Below, one piece after another: positions 8,882 to 16,837 of a stretch of 35,777 bases of DNA (the stretch's first letter is position 1; every line of letters begins with the position of its first letter). The notes below the pieces were generated by a model. It saw only the letters and a list, made by a program, of their open reading frames with translations. It was not told the DNA's origin and made no database searches. Location: positions 1 to 35,777 of the IMG/VR virus record IMGVR_UViG_2778261389_000005; one strand, given 5' to 3'. The position numbers and the translations under genes were made by a program. This DNA comes from a virus. Its lineage: Duplodnaviria; Heunggongvirae; Uroviricota; Caudoviricetes.

Positions 8882-9265
8882 CTAATCAGCATCGCCCCTG
8901 ATTCTGCGATTCATGTACTTGGCATATAGTTCATCGAGTTCCTTCAGACGCAGGGAGAAGATCCTTATCATATTCTGCTGTTCTTCTTCCGGTAACTGTC
9001 TGTAGAGCTCCAGAATACGTTGTTCATCAGGCTTAAGACCATCCTTCTCTCCAACATCCTCACCAAGTAGCCAGGGGACGGACACCCCTGCAGCGTCAGC
9101 AACCGCTAATGCAGAACTTTTGCTGATTCTTCCTGTTTTGAACCAACTGGAAACAGCTTGCTTACTGACGCCAGCAACCCTGGCCATCTCTGTTTTAGAG
9201 AAACCTTTCCTGTTCAGTTCTGTAAGCCTGGAAATCAGCTCATTTGTCATTGTTTTTTCGCTCAT
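8882..9265 (-). CDS. DicA-like HTH (XRE) repressor, paralog 1, probable CI analogue
   Basis: 127 aa; HTH plus LPEEEQ C-terminal module resembling DicA; divergent from cro-like gene across operator region. Confidence 0.75.
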   Translation of the reverse strand: MSEKTMTNELISRLTELNRKGFSKTEMARVAGVSKQAVSSWFKTGRISKSSALAVADAAGVSVPWLLGEDVGEKDGLKPDEQRILELYRQLPEEEQQNMIRIFSLRLKELDELYAKYMNRRIRGDAD

Positions 9266-9363
9266 TTCATTAGTGTAAATGATCGCTTTACTGTCAGGTA
9301 GGCATTCATGGTTTGACTTTTATAGTAAAATGATGCTTTACTTTTGCCATCTAAGGAGGTCCT
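9266..9363. promoter_or_regulatory. Immunity-region divergent promoter/operator with two related palindromic sites
   Basis: GTAAA-TGATCGC-TTTAC at 9275-9291 and GTAAA-ATGATGC-TTTAC at 9325-9341; TTGACT -35-like hexamer at 9313-9318. Confidence 0.5.
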
Positions 9364-9588
9364 ATGACTGGTATTGAGAAAGCTATTCAAAAGTTCGGCA
9401 CAGGTGCGGCACTCGGAAGAGCGCTTGGATTTTCAAAAATGACAATTTCCAACTGGAAAAAAACTGGCATTCCGCCCGATCACATTCTCTCTGTTTTTGA
9501 GCTTACGGGGGTCACACCGCATGAGTTGCGGCCTGACTTATATCCAAATCCAACCGATGCCTTACCAGTGCAAGAAACGAGGACGTAA
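9364..9588 (+). CDS. Cro/YdaS-like HTH regulator
   Basis: 74 aa; HTH and GVTPHELRPDLYP segment resembling Rac prophage YdaS; AGGAGG RBS. Confidence 0.7.
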   Translation: MTGIEKAIQKFGTGAALGRALGFSKMTISNWKKTGIPPDHILSVFELTGVTPHELRPDLYPNPTDALPVQETRT

Positions 9589-9590
9589 AC

Positions 9591-10130
9591 GTGCAATCAC
9601 TATCACTTCATCAAAATAGCGGATATCAACCGGCTGCGATGATAAATCGCAATCAACCTGTCTCGGTAGATAAACATGACCAGATCCGCGATGCCGTTCG
9701 TGCGTGGGCGGGTGTAGATGGTCAGGATGTCGTTTCTGCTCTGATCATCGAAGAGTACCAGGCTCAAGGGGGAGACGAGATCACTTTCCCTGATGACCTC
9801 AGCCGACAGCGTCAGAAGCTTTTCCGCTTCCTGGATAACCATTTCAACAGCGAACGGTACCGTGAGAACGTTCGCCAGCTGACTCCGGCAATCCTGGCGG
9901 TCCTGCCGATTGAATACCGCAACCGTCTGCTACCAGAAGACAACGTTATGGCCCGCCTGGCTCGGCTGGAGAAAGAAACCAGCGAAGCGAAGATTGCCGT
10001 CGCAATGGATGCGCCACGCCATCAAAAGCTGAAAGAGTTGAGCGAGGGGATCGTGGAGATGTATCGCGTTGACCCTGGGTTAACCGGTCCACTGATGGAG
10101 ATGGTGCAGATGATGCTGGGGGCTATATGA
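9591..10130 (+). CDS. YdaT-like protein (cII-position regulator/toxin-like)
   Basis: 179 aa; LTPAILAVLPIEYRNRLL resembles Rac YdaT; immediately follows the cro-like gene. Confidence 0.6.
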   Translation: MQSLSLHQNSGYQPAAMINRNQPVSVDKHDQIRDAVRAWAGVDGQDVVSALIIEEYQAQGGDEITFPDDLSRQRQKLFRFLDNHFNSERYRENVRQLTPAILAVLPIEYRNRLLPEDNVMARLARLEKETSEAKIAVAMDAPRHQKLKELSEGIVEMYRVDPGLTGPLMEMVQMMLGAI

Positions 10131-10214
10131 CCGGTTCAAAAATGGCGAAAGCCGCGGTGCGCGAACACCAACGGCTTTCAGGTGCAAAAACAGTGCGTAA
10201 TTGCGGAGAACAGT

Positions 10215-11123
10215 ATGTCAAACACCGCTGAAATAATCAATTTCCCAAATAAAACCGAACAACCGGGAGGTCGTATGGCCGACCTGTCGAACGGGTATAC
10301 CAAGGTCGCTAACGAGATCCAACAGCTTAAGCCTCGCCTGAGACTGTCAGGCCGGGAATGGCAATGTTTTGAGGCGGTGATCTGGCTTACCTACGGCTGG
10401 AACAAGAAACAGGACCGCGTGACAAATACGGTTATTGCCGAGCTTACGGGCCTGAGCGATACGCATGTATCGGACGCGCTTAAGTCTCTCGCAGAACGCA
10501 AAATCATCTTTTCACAGAAGCAGGGCATGATGAAAATCGTCGGTGTAAACACTGACCTTTCAGCATGGATTTTAGACAAACCGGAAACGGGAAGAAAATT
10601 CCCGAAAACGGGAAAATCCTTCCCGAAATCAGGAATAACCTTCCCGAAAACGGTAGACACCCAATACAAAAACAAGAACAGTATTAAAAGATCTTCGTCC
10701 GAGAATTCTGACGAATCCTCTGACGCACGTCTGAAGAAATTTTTATCAACTCATCCTGAAGCTGCGGTCTACACACCATCCGGTGCGAAGTGGGGCTCTG
10801 CTGAAGACCTCGAGACAGCTAAGTGGATTTCCTCCAGGGTGAAGCTGATTAACCCAACCTGCAAAGCCCCGGACATGACCTCCTGGTCTAACACTGTTCG
10901 CCTGATGCGCCAGATAGACAACCGGTCGCACCAGGACATCTGCGCGCTGTATGACTGGGCTAGCAAACACCACTTCTGGCAGACCAACATCCTGAGTCCC
11001 GAAAGCCTGCGTAAGCAGTGGGACAAGCTGACAATGCAGCGTAACGCCGGAGGTGAGCAGCGCGCTGTCAAGCCAGATCTGGACTTCAACAACACTGACT
11101 GGGCCTATGGGGTGATCCGATGA
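10215..11123 (+). CDS. O: Replication initiator protein, lambda O-like
   Basis: N-terminus MSNTAEIINFP...ADLSNGY...LTYGWNK parallels lambda O; iteron-encoded PKTGKSFPKSG segment; ORF-track start 10182 is upstream. Confidence 0.8.
   Translation: MSNTAEIINFPNKTEQPGGRMADLSNGYTKVANEIQQLKPRLRLSGREWQCFEAVIWLTYGWNKKQDRVTNTVIAELTGLSDTHVSDALKSLAERKIIFSQKQGMMKIVGVNTDLSAWILDKPETGRKFPKTGKSFPKSGITFPKTVDTQYKNKNSIKRSSSENSDESSDARLKKFLSTHPEAAVYTPSGAKWGSAEDLETAKWISSRVKLINPTCKAPDMTSWSNTVRLMRQIDNRSHQDICALYDWASKHHFWQTNILSPESLRKQWDKLTMQRNAGGEQRAVKPDLDFNNTDWAYGVIR
10578..10700. repeat. Putative replication origin: four about 20-bp iterons plus AT-rich tract inside O gene
   Basis: Repeats CCGGAAACGGGAAG, TCCCGAAAACGGGAAA, TCCCGAAATCAGGAAT, TCCCGAAAACGGTAGA at 21-bp period, each with internal dyad symmetry, then A-rich sequence. 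Confidence 0.6.
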
Positions 11124-11809
11124 AATCTCTTGCAGAGCAGATGCGTAACCACGACCGCGAGCAGATGAGCCGCATGGCCCATAACCTGCCAGAGCAGTAC
11201 CAGGAGTGCGCGCCGGTCGAGCAGGTGGCGCAGGTATTCAACAAGCTGTTCAACGAGCTGCGCGCCGCGTTCCCGGCCAGCATGGCGAACTTCCGCACCC
11301 AGGAAGACCTGAACGAATTCCGCCGTCAGTGGCTGCTGGCGTTTCAGGAGAACGGGATCCACACCATGGCTCAGGTCGATGCCGGCATGCGCATTGCCCG
11401 CCGCCAGGAGCGCCCATTCCTGCCGTCGCCGGGCCAGTTCGTCGCCTGGTGCAAGCAGAGCGGCGGCGCGCTGGGCGTCAACGTTGACCAGGTGATCGCC
11501 GAATACTGGGACTGGCGTAACCGCTCGTTCGAATTCATCTCCAGCGAGCAATTTCCATGGTCGCAGCCGGTCATGTACCACATTTGCGTAGAATTGCGCC
11601 ACCGCAGCACCGAGCGCCAGTTAACGCATGGTGAACTGGCACGCGAGGCAGGCGATCTGCTGGACATGTGGGAAAGGCGCGTCACCGAGGGTAAGCCAGT
11701 GCCGCCGGTACGCCGGGCTATTGCCGCACCAGCTGCCGAGCAAGGGCCGACGCCGATCCAGCTGCTGCTGGCCAAGTACAACCGCAACAAGTCGAACGGG
11801 ATGGTGTGA
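11120..11809 (+). CDS. P: Replication protein P (helicase loader), lambda P-like
   Basis: Near colinear similarity to lambda P (MKSLAEQMRNHDREQMSRMAHNLPEQY..., RPFLPSPGQFVAWC); ATGA overlap with O. Confidence 0.85.
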   Translation: MKSLAEQMRNHDREQMSRMAHNLPEQYQECAPVEQVAQVFNKLFNELRAAFPASMANFRTQEDLNEFRRQWLLAFQENGIHTMAQVDAGMRIARRQERPFLPSPGQFVAWCKQSGGALGVNVDQVIAEYWDWRNRSFEFISSEQFPWSQPVMYHICVELRHRSTERQLTHGELAREAGDLLDMWERRVTEGKPVPPVRRAIAAPAAEQGPTPIQLLLAKYNRNKSNGMV

Positions 11810-11810
11810 C

Positions 11811-12155
11811 ATGAACATAACAATCCGTGAGCAGGTGCTGGCAGCCCTGCGCAACAACCCAGGGTTGAACAACGTCAAACTGGCAGGGCTTATCGGCATG
11901 GACACCAAAAAGATATCCGGAACGGTGAGCACGCTGCTGGCAGACGGCCTGATCCGCTGCGAAGGAAAATACGGCCAGCGCCTTTACAGCCTGACCAGCT
12001 ACGGAATGCGCTTCGCCCCTGACACGATACCTGGCATGAAGCAGGGTAAGTCGAAGTTAATTCAGCGGACGGACACAAACGTGATCTGCCAGGAGTGCCG
12101 CAACAGCGCGGCGATGAGAAGGGTATTGATGGTTTGGGGGAGGGTAGGGGTATGA
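11811..12155 (+). CDS. Hypothetical protein, possible winged-helix
   Basis: 114 aa from ATG at 11811, just after P stop; ORF-track version 11628 starts inside P. Confidence 0.45.
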   Translation: MNITIREQVLAALRNNPGLNNVKLAGLIGMDTKKISGTVSTLLADGLIRCEGKYGQRLYSLTSYGMRFAPDTIPGMKQGKSKLIQRTDTNVICQECRNSAAMRRVLMVWGRVGV

Positions 12156-12349
12156 AAATCGAAGATATCAAAAACGTTGCGGTGTTCTTCAATATGAACG
12201 GCAAGACAGTAGCGTTACGAATGGATGCTGAGCAGAAGCGGATCGTCGCATTAATGGCGCTTAACACGGCTGATGCTCGGGCAGAACTGATTGAAGTGCC
12301 GCACATGACTTTACCAGCAGACCCAGCCATGGAGGAGGCCGCCCAATGA
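12152..12349 (+). CDS. Hypothetical small protein
   Basis: 65 aa from ATG 12152 with G-rich RBS; overlaps neighbours by 4 nt. Confidence 0.4.
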   Translation: MKIEDIKNVAVFFNMNGKTVALRMDAEQKRIVALMALNTADARAELIEVPHMTLPADPAMEEAAQ

Positions 12350-12891
12350 GCAACATCGACAAACGTGGATTACGGGAAGCAGCGGAGAAGGCGACGAAAG
12401 GCCGGTGGGCTGTTGAGTTCGACGATGAGATTTACTCCACTGACGGCGTGAACCATGAGCAAATAGCCATGGTATTCAGTGAAAACGAAGCGCGTGATGC
12501 TGCATTTATCGCCGCAGCCAACCCCGCCACCGTGCTGGCACTGCTGGATGAGCTGGAAGCCGCAGAGAAGCGCATAGCAGAACTGGAGGCGCGTTCATTC
12601 AATCCAGCAATTCTGGATGTGGTAGCCGAACGTCAGCGGCAACAGTCGGTTGAAGGATGGACTCCTGAACATGACAACGCATATCAAAATAGCGAATTAG
12701 CAGATGCAGCGGCTTGTTACGCAATTCATGCGCACAACCAAGGTTTCTCCACTCCAGCACATTGGCCGTGGTCGCCTGATTGGTGGAAGCAATCAGGAGC
12801 ACGCTGCGACTTGGTAAAAGCTGGCGCTCTTATTCTGGCAGAAATTGAACGCATTGACCGCGCCGCTGGCATTGGCGTGAAGGGGGAATGA
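12346..12891 (+). CDS. Hypothetical protein, possibly Ead/Ea22-like
   Basis: 181 aa; coiled-coil-like LLDELEAAEKRIAELE segment; recollection-based family guess. Confidence 0.45.
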   Translation: MSNIDKRGLREAAEKATKGRWAVEFDDEIYSTDGVNHEQIAMVFSENEARDAAFIAAANPATVLALLDELEAAEKRIAELEARSFNPAILDVVAERQRQQSVEGWTPEHDNAYQNSELADAAACYAIHAHNQGFSTPAHWPWSPDWWKQSGARCDLVKAGALILAEIERIDRAAGIGVKGE

Positions 12892-12892
12892 G

Positions 12893-13096
12893 ATGTCAAA
12901 GTCACCAATGAAACTCATGCTACGGGCATGGAACAAAGAGCTTAAAAATCCAGAATGGGGCATGGGCAATCGTAAACACCGCAAAGCTTGTGCTCGTGAT
13001 TTTGCCGGAGCCAGCATAGAAACCGATGCTGATATCCCTAACCAAGCCGAAGCAGATGACCGCCTGGCGGAAGAACTTACTTACTGGACGGACTAA
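12893..13096 (+). CDS. Hypothetical small protein
   Basis: 67-aa ORF with GGGGGAA RBS. Confidence 0.4.
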   Translation: MSKSPMKLMLRAWNKELKNPEWGMGNRKHRKACARDFAGASIETDADIPNQAEADDRLAEELTYWTD

Positions 13097-13099
13097 CCC

Positions 13100-13549
13100 A
13101 TGACAACTAACCACCCGGCGCACGGTCATGTATCACTCGATCGCCTGCACCAGATACGCGAAATACTCAGCAACGCAGCAGCACAAAGCGACGGCGGTAA
13201 TCTCGGCTACGCAATGGCTGATGCTGTGAAGGTGATTGATGGAGTTCTGGAGTCGATGGCCCGTGAGCAAGTACGCCGTGAGCATGCTACATGGTCACAG
13301 GCTACTTTCGGCGATGTCGGTCCAGTTGGTCCGCTGAAGCACCTTTCCAAAGAAGCGCTCGAGGCGGCAGCTGAACCAAGTGACCTTACCGAATGGGCTG
13401 ACATGCAATTCCTGTTATGGGATGCGCAACGTCGTGCCGGTATCAGTGATGAGCAGATTACCCTGGCGATGGTAGAAAAGTTGGCGGTTAACAAACAGCG
13501 CGAATGGCCTGAGCCGAAAGATGGTGAGCCGCGTCTGCACATCAAGTAG
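13100..13549 (+). CDS. DUF550-like protein (possible MazG-like nucleotide pyrophosphohydrolase domain)
   Basis: 149 aa; C-terminal ...EWADMQFLLWDAQRRAGISDEQ...REWPEPKDGEPRLHIK resembles DUF550 proteins of enterobacterial prophages. Confidence 0.5.
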   Translation: MTTNHPAHGHVSLDRLHQIREILSNAAAQSDGGNLGYAMADAVKVIDGVLESMAREQVRREHATWSQATFGDVGPVGPLKHLSKEALEAAAEPSDLTEWADMQFLLWDAQRRAGISDEQITLAMVEKLAVNKQREWPEPKDGEPRLHIK

Positions 13550-13602
13550 ACTCTTATGGATAATTGAACCCTAATTCATTATGAACATAATAAGGAGTCC
13601 TT

Positions 13603-13923
13603 ATGTCTTACATAATGCCTGAAAAAGGCCAAATGAATGAATATGGAATTGAGGCTTTCGGGATCCCGCTTACCAGTAGGCATGGAGTTGCGATGGAACT
13701 GTCTCAAATGCTACGTTTTTCTTACTATGTAGCTTCAGTTGGGCTTGTAAAATGTATTGAAAGTGTCTTCTATGATTCAGGCTCTTGCTGCTGTAATTTT
13801 GAATTTATTCCCGGGTTTAATGAGTATTCGGAGGAGGCAGAAAAAATTAGACAGTGCGCGCTACGTTCGATTGGGCAATTTGAATGGTTCGGTATGATTG
13901 AACACGGCGACATCAACGGCTAA
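13603..13923 (+). CDS. Hypothetical protein in AT-rich island
   Basis: 106 aa; AAGGAG RBS; cysteine cluster SGSCCCNF; low GC relative to flanks; own terminator. Confidence 0.5.
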   Translation: MSYIMPEKGQMNEYGIEAFGIPLTSRHGVAMELSQMLRFSYYVASVGLVKCIESVFYDSGSCCCNFEFIPGFNEYSEEAEKIRQCALRSIGQFEWFGMIEHGDING

Positions 13924-13952
13924 GTGTTTAACTCCAATAGCAAACGAATAAA

Positions 13953-13976
13953 AGCCTCTAAGTTAGAGGTTTTTTA
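13953..13976 (+). terminator. Rho-independent terminator
   Basis: CCTCTAA-GT-TAGAGG hairpin followed by TTTTTT. Confidence 0.55.
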
Positions 13977-14000
13977 TGTCTGAAAGGTAGCATTACCAAG

Positions 14001-14150
14001 TCTATGGTTGCCTAGCTCAGTCAGGCTTGTATTTGGTTGCTTAGCAATCAACTCATGCGACATGAGCGGGATCTTTCTAATCATCATTTTCGGTAAATGA
14101 TTTTGGTTGCTTGGTTGACAAAATCGAGAAAATGCGAAAATATATGGTTT
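14001..14150 (+). promoter_or_regulatory. Promoter/operator region of accessory operon with repeated TGGTTGC motif
   Basis: TGGTTGC at 14005, 14034, 14104 plus TGGTTGA overlapping -35 TTGACA (14115-14120); palindrome TCATG-CGA-CATGA at 14053-14065; AT-rich -10-like sequence near 14139-14146. Confidence 0.4.
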
Positions 14151-14178
14151 ACGAATTCCAAAAAAAGCGAAACTTGAA

Positions 14179-14829
14179 ATGAGCGACAACCAGTTAGCAC
14201 CTTGTTGGGAATTTCAGCCTTACCTTGCTGAAAGCAATGTTCGTCAGTTGTTAGCGGAAATTGCTAATGTACTCGAGCAATTGTACTACCACAAACACAC
14301 ACTGGACAGTAACTGGTCCGAAGGTGTAAGGGCTTATGATTGGGTCAGAAATCATTTGATTCAAAGTGAAGGGACACTGCCGGGTCTGGAAATGGTTTCG
14401 AAGGGACTGGATTATGTGGTTGCGTTAAATAAAGTGCCGCTGCAGTTCTCCAAAGATTGCATTAATAACCCGAAGAAGAAGCATCGCCTTCTTCGAAATA
14501 GGGTGGAGCATGAGCAACTTTCATTGTTCGGTGAAACTGAAGCCGAGCAAGATATTACATGGCGGATCATCGCCGAACCATTTTTATCCGATGAAGAAGA
14601 TGGCGAGCTGGAATCAACATTGCCTCGCTGGGAAGTGGCTTTAGTTGGGTTTAACGCATATGGTGCCCAGATCAGTATGGTTTCACACCAATCTACTGCT
14701 TCAGCGCCGCTTATGTCTCTTGATACCAACACTCTTCCGGATGAAGCTGAGATTGGCAAAGCCTCTCTTCGCCGCCGTAAAAAAGATCAAGATTTGGATG
14801 TGAGCAGTAATGGAACATCAAGTGAATGA
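14179..14829 (+). CDS. Uncharacterised protein, partner of HTH-peptidase; candidate toxin/effector
   Basis: 216 aa, no domain recognised by eye; 3' end overlaps the next gene by 20 nt; acidic and basic C-terminal tail. Confidence 0.55.
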   Translation: MSDNQLAPCWEFQPYLAESNVRQLLAEIANVLEQLYYHKHTLDSNWSEGVRAYDWVRNHLIQSEGTLPGLEMVSKGLDYVVALNKVPLQFSKDCINNPKKKHRLLRNRVEHEQLSLFGETEAEQDITWRIIAEPFLSDEEDGELESTLPRWEVALVGFNAYGAQISMVSHQSTASAPLMSLDTNTLPDEAEIGKASLRRRKKDQDLDVSSNGTSSE

Positions 14830-15913
14830 CTTTGCTGAGTATCGTGGGGATAAGCTCAAATTAGCCAGAATGGCTGTTGGGCTCTCCTGCGAAGAGTTAG
14901 CGGAGAAAATTGGTAAAACAAAACAATTCGTTAGCAAATTGGAAAAAGGGTTTAAACCATCAGAACAGTTGTTAGAATTAATCTCATCTGCGCTGATGAT
15001 TAAATCTGATTTCCTATTTACTGAACGAAAATATGCTTTAGAAAGCGATGTTTGCCATTTTCGGAGTAAAAAATCGAGAACCCAAACATTAACCAATAGT
15101 GTTCTGGCAAGGGCGGAGATTCTTAACATTATAATCTCTGCCGTTGAGGGAGAAATCGAGTTTCCTGATGTTTTCATACCTGAGCACCCCGGTGCTGAAT
15201 TGCTGACTCCAAATGATATTGAACGTGTAGCGGAAGACTGCAGAAGAGCATGGAACTTAGGGCTGGGACCTATATCCTCAATGGTCAAACTGGCTGAGAG
15301 TTTGGGGGTTATTGTTGCTCATGTGACAGGAGTGGATGACCGCGTAGATGCTTTTACTGTTCATAACAACAGGCCAGTAATCATCCGAAATAACGTCAAA
15401 AAGAGTATATGCAGATTCCGATCAGATTTAGGTCACGAATTGGGGCACTTGGTTATGCACGAAGGTATAACCACAGGAGATAAAGTGACTGAATCGCAAG
15501 CGGATCGTTTTTCAAGCGCGTTGCTAGTTCCTCGATTGTCCTTTATTAAAGAGTTTCCCCGTATACGAGGAAGACAGTTCGATTGGAACGCCCTAGTTGA
15601 GTTTAAGCTTCGGTGGAAGATTAGTCTTAAAATGTGCATTTACCGAGCAACAACTCTAGGCCTGCTGACGCAGGAGCAGGCAAGAACAGGTTATATGCAT
15701 TTGAACTCTAAAGGATATACGAAAGTTGAACCAGGAGATGAATTTATTCGCCCGGAAGAACCGAGTATGTTAGCTGAGGCGATTGAAATGCTGGATGATG
15801 CAACATGGATGAGCATTCTCATGAAAACTGGTTTAAGCCAGGAGTTGGTTAGGGAGTTATTCTCGGTAAACCGCCCACTGTCAAATCCAAGAAATCTACT
15901 TCAACTGGTTTGA
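14810..15913 (+). CDS. HTH-XRE regulator fused to ImmA/IrrE-family zinc metallopeptidase
   Basis: N-terminal HTH (LKLARMAVGLSCEELAEKIGKTKQFVSKLEKG) and HEXXH motif (HELGHLVMHE) in a COG2856-like domain; 367 aa. Confidence 0.8.
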   Translation: MEHQVNDFAEYRGDKLKLARMAVGLSCEELAEKIGKTKQFVSKLEKGFKPSEQLLELISSALMIKSDFLFTERKYALESDVCHFRSKKSRTQTLTNSVLARAEILNIIISAVEGEIEFPDVFIPEHPGAELLTPNDIERVAEDCRRAWNLGLGPISSMVKLAESLGVIVAHVTGVDDRVDAFTVHNNRPVIIRNNVKKSICRFRSDLGHELGHLVMHEGITTGDKVTESQADRFSSALLVPRLSFIKEFPRIRGRQFDWNALVEFKLRWKISLKMCIYRATTLGLLTQEQARTGYMHLNSKGYTKVEPGDEFIRPEEPSMLAEAIEMLDDATWMSILMKTGLSQELVRELFSVNRPLSNPRNLLQLV

Positions 15914-15928
15914 CTCAAAGCTTGTAAT

Positions 15929-15952
15929 AAACCCGCTATATGCGGGTTTTTT
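15929..15952 (+). terminator. Rho-independent terminator
   Basis: CCCGC-TATAT-GCGGG hairpin followed by TTTTTT. Confidence 0.6.
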
Positions 15953-16076
15953 CTTTCTGGTAGCGCGCTGTGGTAACGCTGTGCCTCCAGCGCTCGCTGA
16001 GGCGCTGGTGCGTGCTAATTTGCCGGAGCTTTGTCAGCAGAAACAAATAGCGGCGTAATAAAACATTGCTAATTCA

Positions 16077-16103
16077 ACCCGCTACGGCGGGTTTTCTTTT
16101 TTT
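16077..16103 (+). terminator. Rho-independent terminator, second copy
   Basis: ACCCGC-TACG-GCGGGT hairpin followed by TTTTCTTTTTTT; similar to terminator at 15929. Confidence 0.6.
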
Positions 16104-16165
16104 AATACTGACAGAAAATTAACAATTTGTGCTCTTAAAACGTTGATCATTTCCGCGCATAGGTA

Positions 16166-16183
16166 TACTGTATAAAAACACAG
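16166..16183. promoter_or_regulatory. LexA (SOS) box upstream of dinI
   Basis: CTGTATAAAAACACAG matches CTGT-N8-ACAG consensus, about 20 nt before the dinI start. Confidence 0.6.
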
Positions 16184-16203
16184 TAAATGCAATGGGGGCC
16201 ATT

Positions 16204-16437
16204 ATGAAAGTTGAATTAACCATTGATCGCATGAAAGAACTTCCTAAAGGCGCAGTACCAGCACTGGAGAAAGAACTGCTTAAGCGCCTGAATGATCACT
16301 ATGACAATTGCAGGCTCACAATCCGCCGTGCCGGGGCCGATGGGTTAAGTGTTTTTGGTGGTGACAAGGACGATAAAAAGAAAATTGAATCAATCCTCCA
16401 GGATACCTGGGAAAGCGCTGACGACTGGTTTTATTAG
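16204..16437 (+). CDS. dinI: DinI-family DNA damage-inducible protein
   Basis: MKVELTIDR...AVPALEKEL...LSVFGGDKDDKKKIESILQDTWESADDWF closely parallels E. coli DinI; alternative ATG at 16192. Confidence 0.8.
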   Translation: MKVELTIDRMKELPKGAVPALEKELLKRLNDHYDNCRLTIRRAGADGLSVFGGDKDDKKKIESILQDTWESADDWFY

Positions 16438-16554
16438 AATTGCGCTTAAGGCTGGCGCGCATTTTTCAGAATACCGCAATTTGCGTAACCCTCTGATGCT
16501 GCTGCCGACAATCTTTAATCGCGTCTGTTAGTCGCTCGAAGGGAGAACATAAAT

Positions 16555-16803
16555 GTGAGTGATTCAGCTTTGCAAACGTCAGAAGACAACTGGTATGACA
16601 TTGTAAGAAGGTCTGACGGCTGCGTGGTGTTTAGCTTTCCTTCATCGGGCAGGCATCTAATTTATCGCGTCAATGGCATGGTTTCTATGCGGCCTTTGCT
16701 GGATGATGAAGAGGTCTTTACTCCTAATGGTTTTATGCAGTTTATTCACCGTCTCGGCTACCGGGTAACCCCACCTTCTGATAATATGAAATCAACGGTC
16801 TGA
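16555..16803 (+). CDS. Hypothetical protein
   Basis: 82 aa, GTG start with GGGAGAA RBS. Confidence 0.45.
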   Translation: MSDSALQTSEDNWYDIVRRSDGCVVFSFPSSGRHLIYRVNGMVSMRPLLDDEEVFTPNGFMQFIHRLGYRVTPPSDNMKSTV

Positions 16804-16837
16804 ACAACCGTAACCTACTGCGCCACGGAGAGAAACC

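Noticed and set aside
13974-14189. 71-aa minus-strand ORF in the intergenic region upstream of the accessory operon
   Set aside because: Overlaps the promoter/repeat region and the upstream terminator, and has no RBS. More likely non-coding regulatory DNA.
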